This document shows positions 57,093 through 64,000 of a stretch of DNA of 64,000 bases, one piece after another (positions within the stretch are counted from its first letter, which is position 1; each line of letters starts with the position of its first letter). The notes beneath the pieces are model-generated. The model searched no databases, was not told the origin of the DNA, and was given only the letters and a program-made list of their open reading frames with translations. This stretch comes from Vicinamibacteria bacterium (lineage in GTDB: Bacteria > Acidobacteriota > Vicinamibacteria > Marinacidobacterales > Marinacidobacteraceae). The stretch is taken from NCBI GenBank assembly GCA_963668695.2, contig CAXXLQ010000004.1, positions 1,664,001 through 1,728,000 of the forward strand. Direction: 5' to 3'. Both the position numbers and the translations under genes were made by a program.

Positions 57093-60000
57093 ATGAATAG
57101 GAAGTCCACCGCGTGGGTCCTCGGAAGCCTCGCCGCCCTCGCCCTCCTCTACTCGGCCTCCGCCGGGAAGGCCCAACCGGACAGTTCCTCGGGCGGCTCC
57201 CTGGCCGGCCTCGAAGACGTCTTCGCCCCCGGCGTCTTCCTCGAGGACCGGAACGGGGATGGAGTGGTGGACTTCATCAACGCCCGGATCGTGCTGCCGG
57301 CCGACGCGGTGCCCGAGGAGGTGGCCGCGGCCGCCAACATCGCGGCCCGGCTCGGCTTCGAGTCCTCCGCCTTCACTCCGGGGCTGGCGGTTCTCGATTC
57401 CGACATCGCTCCCGGAGCGGACAGCCCGCCGCTCTTCCTGGTTGGCAGGTCGAACCGCTGGGTGAGCCGTCTCGAGGAGGAAGGGCGCATCGACCTGTCC
57501 CGCCTGACCCCGGGGCAGGGGCTCTTCGCCATCGTCTCCGCGCCCTTTGGGGGCGCGGACGCGGTGGTGGTGGCCGGCGCGGACCCGGCGGGAACCCTGT
57601 ATGCGGCGAGTTCGGCCTCGGCGCGGCTTCCCTACCTCTGGCAACTCCGGAGCGACACGCTCTCTTCGGTGATGGAAGACGTCGAGTCCTTCCTCTCCGA
57701 GAGCCGCGTCGAGGTGAACGACGTGCAGCCCACCGAGGCGATGTACGAGAAGGGTCGGGAGGAGGTAGGCCGTCTCGTCCTCAGTCTCGACGTCGTGAAC
57801 CCCCCGGACGCGGCCGAAGTGCTCGACGAACTCGCCGCCGACCACCGGGTGGGACAGGCGAGCTTCACGGACCGGCGGGCGGTGCGGCTCAACTACTACG
57901 GCGCGGGAGCCCTCGATTTCCAGCTTCCCGACGGCACCGGCGTCATCCTGGACCGGTTCGGCCCGCCCTACAAGAGCGGGTTCCCCGACAATCCGTGGAG
58001 GCCGAAGGTCAAACCGCTGGACCTGACCCGGCTCTACTCGACCGCGGGACTCCTCGGCGACTCGCGCGGAGACGATCAGATCCCGGATGAGTCGGAGACG
58101 GTGCTCATCATCGGTTCCGGGGTGGGGCCCGTACTGGGCGCGGTGGACCTCGCCGCGCGGATCGGAGTCGAGACCACCGGCCTGACCCTGCCGCTGGCGC
58201 ACGTGGAAGACGACATCGGCGACCCTTCGCTCCTCCCGAACCCGTGCTGATCGGCCCGGGGGATCTGGTCTCGTCGCTGCCGCGCGGAGCGGATCTCCCG
58301 GCCGGGGAGGGTGTCGTGGAAGTCGTTCCCGGCGCCTTCGGGGAGTTTCCGGCGGTGGTCGTCCGCGGGGGTGACGCCGCGGGGCTCGACGCCGCGACGG
58401 CGTATCTGGCCGGCAGGCTTCCCGCGCTCTGGGAGACCCGCCGCGGCGAGGTGGACTTCGAGTCCATCGAGGAGGACGCGCGGGCCTTCTTGCGATCGCG
58501 GTCCAGCGCCGGGCAGGCGGCGCGGGCGCTCGTGCACCTCGACGACCTGAGCGGCATGTGGGCCGGCGGCAACGTCGAGTCGCTCGAAGTGGACGTCTAC
58601 CTCGAAGAGGCGGATGCGGACGTCGGCGCTTTTCTCGAGCAGCGCCTCAAAGAGCGGACCGGCGTGCCACAGGTTTCGGTGACGGCAGCTTCTCGCTATG
58701 GGCCGGTCACGGTGTTCGACGAGCAACTCGACCTCGGCTGGGAGGTGGACGAGCTCCGCGAGCGTTTCGCGGCGGAGGTGGTTTCGAGAGTGGGCGCCGG
58801 GGACCGCGTGGACGTCGAGATCCTGGTGAGCGAGCCGCCGGAGCTTCGGATGAGGCTCCAGTCGGAATTCGAAGCCGCACTCCGGGAAGCCGGCGCGGCG
58901 GAGACCCGGGTCCGGGTCATCAGCGCCTACAAGCAGGGGTTCAGTTGGCTTGCCGACTACGTGATGCCGGCGGTCCGGGGCCAGGACGTCGGCCGGATCA
59001 CGGTGCGGTTCCCCACCGCTCACTATCCGGAGAACGAGCGCTGGTACGGGCAGGACATCCGCTGGCTCCAGGAGATCTTCCCGATCGACTGGATCCTGGC
59101 CCGGGAACTCGGCATCGAGGTGGACGACACCGAGTTCGTGAAGGTGGATGAGGGACCGATCGAATACCAGGTGGAGGTCACGGACGAGCTGGGGCGGGTG
59201 CTCCTTGTGGACCGCTTCGCCCCGCGTTTCACGACCCGCGAGTACTTCCCCTACCGCCCGACGGCGAAGGTCCACTACACGACGGGCGGGTTCCGGGCGC
59301 TCGTGAACGGGGAGGAGGTCGCCGAGGTCCACGTCCGCACCGACCCCGAACGGCTTTGGGACTACTACCAGCAGGACGCGCAGCCCCGGATGTTCGACTT
59401 TGCGCGGGAGTACACGAGGGGGGACCTGAGCCTCAAGAACCAGCCCTTCTTCCGCGATTTCATCGTGGACATCAAGATGAGTGAGCCGGACGCCCGGCTG
59501 GACCTCGACGAGGAGCGGATCTCTTCGCTCGACTCGCTGCACGAGGATCTCACCTTCACGACGATCGATTTCTGGAGCATCTTCAGCGGACAGGAATCGG
59601 GGAGCCGGGAAGTCGCCCCCGGGCGGCTCATGCCCATGATCCATCCCCCCCGGGAGGGCCCGCCGGAGGTGCGCGTCACCTTCGTCGGGAACGCGGTGCC
59701 GCACCCCGAGCTCGCGGTGAAGTGGACGACACGGAGCGGAGCGGTCGGCGAGCGCCGGATCGGGCTGACCGAGCTGGACGTTTCACCGCCCCGCATCACC
59801 TCGGTGAGGGTCCGGGCGGGGGCCGAGGGCGCCGCCAGCCTCACGGCGAGCGTCGAGGCGGAGCACTTCGAGGCTGCCCGGACCCTCGGCCGGATGGTCG
59901 AGGGTCTCGGCGAGATGCAAGCTGCTGGGGGGCTCCCGACCGCGCTCGGCTACGCGCGCCTCGAGGAGCTCGTGCTTTCCGCTCGGATCGGAAACGCGGC

Positions 60001-61264
60001 GATCGAGGCGGCGGTGCGGCCGCCGGACCCGGGCCTCCTGCCGCGGCCCGGGGACTTCCCCACCATCGAACCGACGCCCGGCGAACGGTTCGTCACCTGG
60101 GATCACGTGATCGGTCCGGACGAGTTGGAGGAGGAACTCATCCCCCGTCTCCAGACGTTCCCCGAGATCAACGCCTACGCCGCCGGCCGCACCTACCGGG
60201 GCCGGAACGTTTGGGCAATCGACGCGATGCTGCCGCACGAGGCGGCACTCTTTTCGCAGGCGAAGGCCAGCGCCCTGAAGCCGGTCCTCTTCCTCACCAC
60301 CCGCCAGCACTCGAACGAAGTGTCGGCGACCAGTTCGGCCTTGCGGTTCATGGAACTGGTGGCGACCGACCCGGATTACCGGAAGTACCTGGAGCGGATG
60401 AACATCGTCTACAACCCGATGGAGAACCCGGACGGCGCCGCGAACCACCACGAGTTCTACAAGCTCCGGCCGACCTACATCCTGCACGGCGGCTACTGGA
60501 GTTCAGTGGCGCGCGACGTTGGTGCCTACATCTGGGACGACGATCCGCTGCTTCCGGAGGCGTTGGTGCGGCGCCAGCTCTACTACCGCTGGCTGCCGGA
60601 CGTGTACATGAACCCCCACGGCTACCCGAGCCACGAGTGGGTCCACCAGTTCGCCGGCTACAAGGTGCCCTGGTTCCTCGCGTTCTGGATCCCGCGCGGC
60701 TATCACATCAACCTCCACCACATCGACGACCCGAACTACCCCGACCACAAGGCGGTGGGCAGCGAGCTGCGCGAGCGCATCATCGAGGAGGTCCAGGGGG
60801 TGGACGACATCCGCGCCGCGAACTCGCGGTTCGTCCACCGCTTCGAGAAGTACGCCCGGCGCTACCAGCCCGACCCCTTCCGCCTCGAGATCTACCAAGG
60901 CATGAACATCCTGTTCGACTACAGCTATTCCTTCCGGGAGGGCGGTTCGTTCAGCGACGAGATCTACGTGAGCTCCATGTGGAAGCGGCCCGACCCGAAC
61001 GGCCGGAGCTTTCTCGAGCGCTACCCCCAGATCACCGTGCTCGATCTCGGCTGCGACATGCCCGACGAGACGGCGGGCCCAGAGTGGATGGAAAAGGTCG
61101 CCGCCAGGGGCCAGTTCGGCTACCTGATGTCGGTAGTGAAGCTGCTCTACGAGAGCGACTGGGAAGTCCAGCGCTTCGAGGAGGACTTCACCGACGGCGT
61201 CCGGCTATCCCTCTTCCGCCCCCGCCCGATCAAGGCGGACCGGCGAGCCCAGTTCACGCAGTAG
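57093..61264 (+). CDS. Large secreted M14 zinc carboxypeptidase (~1390 aa), split by a -1 frameshift near 58243
   Basis: Signal peptide; adding one G restores NPVLIG across the junction; HSNE (HxxE), NPDG and NPHG motifs. Confidence 0.8.
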
Positions 61265-61345
61265 GGGGACCGGCGGGGCCGCCAATCAAGCAAGGCGGCA
61301 CCGCCGGCCAGGGACCGCCGACCTCCGGTCGGCATCGCCGCGCGA
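61261..61345 (+). repeat. GTAG-headed REP-like hairpins
   Basis: gtagggggacc...; ggaccgccgacctccggtcggca resembles 5128-5150. Confidence 0.5.
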
Positions 61346-61559
61346 CAGCCCCGCGCAACGTCCATCCGCGACCTCCGTGAAGCGCACGCACGCGGGGTCA
61401 CCGCCTGTGCGATCACCCGCGTCCAAGCGGGCGGGGCGACGCGGCGGTCAGCCTCACCTGCAGGGACGAAGCGACCGGCTCCACCAGATCCTCCTTTCCC
61501 GGGATGACGAGTGTTACGGAGGCCGACGCCCGCCGCGCCGGTAAGCTATTCGACGCACC

Positions 61560-62039
61560 ATGAGGATCCCCGTCCACGCCGAGGAGCAACTGGCGGCGCT
61601 CCAGGCGATGCCGAAGCGGGTTATCAATCCTCGAGCAAAATGGACAGAGAAGCCCACCGTTGCGCCGGCGTACCGCCAGCGCTCCTTCAAGGCGCGTGCT
61701 GAATCTGACGAGAAGATCCGCTTCGAGATCTACCAACGCGAGCACCTTGAGGATGCGACTGATTTCTCATCCGGAATCGCAGCCATCCTTCGCGACGGAT
61801 CGCGGCTCATGCTCGCCCGTTACAACGGGTCCTCCCACGAACACGAGGACATTGCGTATGAGCCACACATCCACAGGGCGACCGAAAAAGCCATGACAGA
61901 GGGCAAGAAGCCGGAGTTCTATGCCGAGCCCACCGATCGGTACCGAACGGTGCATGGCGCATTGGCGTGCCTTCTAGACGACTTCGAAGTACCCCGTGAC
62001 CCGAACAGAATTCCGCATGACCAGAGGCCGTTGCTCTGA
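61560..62039 (+). CDS. Hypothetical protein, DUF6978-like (His-rich RxNG..H...HxH motif)
   Basis: LARYNGSSHEH...PHIH; TGATG coupling to the next gene. Confidence 0.6.
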   Translation: MRIPVHAEEQLAALQAMPKRVINPRAKWTEKPTVAPAYRQRSFKARAESDEKIRFEIYQREHLEDATDFSSGIAAILRDGSRLMLARYNGSSHEHEDIAYEPHIHRATEKAMTEGKKPEFYAEPTDRYRTVHGALACLLDDFEVPRDPNRIPHDQRPLL

Positions 62040-62821
62040 TGTCCCTTGATCTCAACGCTATTCAGCGGCAGCTCTGCGAGAGACTGTGTGCCGATGTCCG
62101 CTTCGTGACGCGCCCTGATGGTGCGCTGATGCTCCGTACCGGCTTCGAGTTCCCGGACGGCGACCGGTTCCCCATCCATGTCAGGGAGCTCGCTTCCGGT
62201 GGACTACAACTGTCCGATCGCGGGCACACCCTAATGCACCTCAGCTACGACCACGATATTGACGCTTTCCTCAAGGGGACACGCGGGGCACTCCTCGACC
62301 AGATCGTGGTCGAAGCGAACCTGAATAGGGAAGGCGCCGTGTTGAGTGTGAATACTCCGATCGAGGGTCTGCCCGAAGCGATCTTCCGCTACGGCCAGAC
62401 CTTGACGCGCATCTACGACCTCAGCTTCCTCTCGCGGTCCGGAGTGCGATCCACGTTCTACGACGATCTCGCCGATGTCGTGACCGGGCTGATCACTGAC
62501 GACCGACTGCAGGCCGACTACATTCCGGAAGAGGTTCCGAATGCGGATGCATACCCCGTTGACTATCGGATCAAGGCAAACGGCGCACATCCGCTGTTCT
62601 TGTATGGAATTCCGAACCGCGACAAGGCACGGTTGACGACGATCATGCTGTCGCATTTCCATCGGCATCACCTGCAGTTTGAATCCCTTCTTGTTTTCCA
62701 CGACCAGGAAGAGATTCCCCGGCCAGACCTAGCGCGGCTCTCCGATGTTGGCGGCGAGATGATCTCTTCGCTCAACGCGCAGGACGATTTCGCACGCAAA
62801 CTCTTGCGGCGCGTCGGATAG
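62039..62821 (+). CDS. DUF1828/DUF1829 family protein
   Basis: TGFEFPDGD...LSDRGHTL (DUF1828 signature); C-terminal VDY nuclease-like region. Confidence 0.75.
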   Translation: MSLDLNAIQRQLCERLCADVRFVTRPDGALMLRTGFEFPDGDRFPIHVRELASGGLQLSDRGHTLMHLSYDHDIDAFLKGTRGALLDQIVVEANLNREGAVLSVNTPIEGLPEAIFRYGQTLTRIYDLSFLSRSGVRSTFYDDLADVVTGLITDDRLQADYIPEEVPNADAYPVDYRIKANGAHPLFLYGIPNRDKARLTTIMLSHFHRHHLQFESLLVFHDQEEIPRPDLARLSDVGGEMISSLNAQDDFARKLLRRVG

Positions 62822-63051
62822 CAACCATCGTCTAGATCAACGCTAGCAGGCCGAATCAGGTCCCCACCGCGATCCCGGTGCGGCGTCGCGTGAGATTCGG
62901 CGTGGTGAGGATCTAATCCGATCGGCGCAATTCCCGCCTCTCGAATCTTGGAACCCGGGTTCCGGTGTCTCCGGCGAGATCAGAAGACGGGGACGCACGA
63001 ATTTCTGGGCCGCGCCCAAGTATGCTGCCGATGGCACAAAGAACCCTCCAC

Positions 63052-63884
63052 ATGCCTGCTAAGCAGACGATCACTTTCAAGAAGCCGACGTGGATCCTGG
63101 CCTGGCTGGATACCGCCCTGAAGAAGGAAAAGGAGAAATACGAGAGATGTCCGCCAAAGCCGGACATGGTTCCCGGGCATGAAGCGGCGCAGGGATGGGG
63201 GTACGTTGTCGCTGGCTATTCCCTGTTGGAAGCTGCGTTCAAGGCCATTCTCTTCTTGCGCGGCAAGCGAGTACCGACGAAGCATGCGCTGCTACCTCTA
63301 TTAACAGTGCTCGATCAGAATGACAAGGACATCCTCCGTGAGTTTATGCGGACTATCGAGGCAGCCTCGGAGGGCATATAGCTGCGTTTCCATTTGCGAC
63401 CCTAGACGACTTTCTTGCGAATCTAGATGGTGACGAGAACGCAAAGGGAGACCGCATCGGCTCGTTTGACTGGCGGTATTACCTCATCGAGGAAAAACGG
63501 AGCCAGAAGATGCCATTGGTGAGCGTCGACTATATGCATGAGATTGCCTATGGATGCATCCGCATAGTCGAGCACTTGACCTACGGTCGCTCCGAGCCGT
63601 CCAAATGCACTCATAGCTGGCGAATGCGATGGGAGCGCGAGAGGAAACTGCGAGAGTGGTTGATGGTTCGGATGAACTCCGAAGGTTGGCGCGATCTTGT
63701 CGACAGATTGGAAATCGTGTGGGGCCCGGACTACCGGGAGCGCTACGACCTGTGCGTATTCCGTGGCAAAGAGATGAAGGGCTGCTTCGCGGACATTCCA
63801 GAGGACTTCGGGCTGCCAATCATTGACAAGAGGCAAGAGTTCGCTACGTTCGATGCAAAGGAGGGACTCCGAAACATCGGGTGA
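63052..63884 (+). CDS. HEPN-like domain protein, split by a -1 frameshift near 63343
   Basis: YSLLEAAFKAIL...KHALLPL; adding one T gives EFYADYRG...DWRYY and runs in frame into ORF 63510-63884. Confidence 0.6.
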
Positions 63885-64000
63885 CCGGTATTTCGGTCTC
63901 GGGTAAGCAGTTGTCGGCTCACGCCGATTACGCCAGACCTGGGCTTGGCGAATCCTGCGGGGGGCAGGGGGAGAGCGCTCTTCGCGCCTCTCGGCGCCGT

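Overview
GC-rich bacterial chromosomal window, most consistent with an Acidobacteriota genome (GWxTD protein, DUF5916 outer-membrane protein, VPS10/BNR hydrolase and a Zn-ribbon protein; the taxonomy is inference). It carries about 45 genes, mostly metabolic and envelope functions: BamA-like OMP operon, mutM, Tat-exported oxidoreductases, a CP-ATP-grasp/alpha-E/transglutaminase operon, ccmCD, a cNMP-patatin and an M14 peptidase. No rRNA, tRNA, CRISPR array or transposase was recognised. Unusual features: (1) a layered intergenic repeat system of YTAR-flanked MITEs with ~25-bp terminal inverted repeats, nested inside each other, plus GTAG-type REP-like elements, a 5 x 90-bp tandem array, and a fixed 18-nt oligo (CCCCACCGGGAGAACTGG) found at several independent positions inside these repeats (~25 copies counted by eye); (2) a higB operon whose HigA antitoxin is fused to a C-terminal Swt1-like HEPN domain with an intact RxxxxH motif; (3) a candidate structured sRNA containing a 16S-like anti-Shine-Dalgarno sequence; (4) a terminal island with a DUF6978-like/DUF1828-DUF1829 pair and a second HEPN-like gene. 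Three genes show -1 frameshifts at short base runs, probably sequencing errors. All family assignments come from motif recognition by eye, not database searches.
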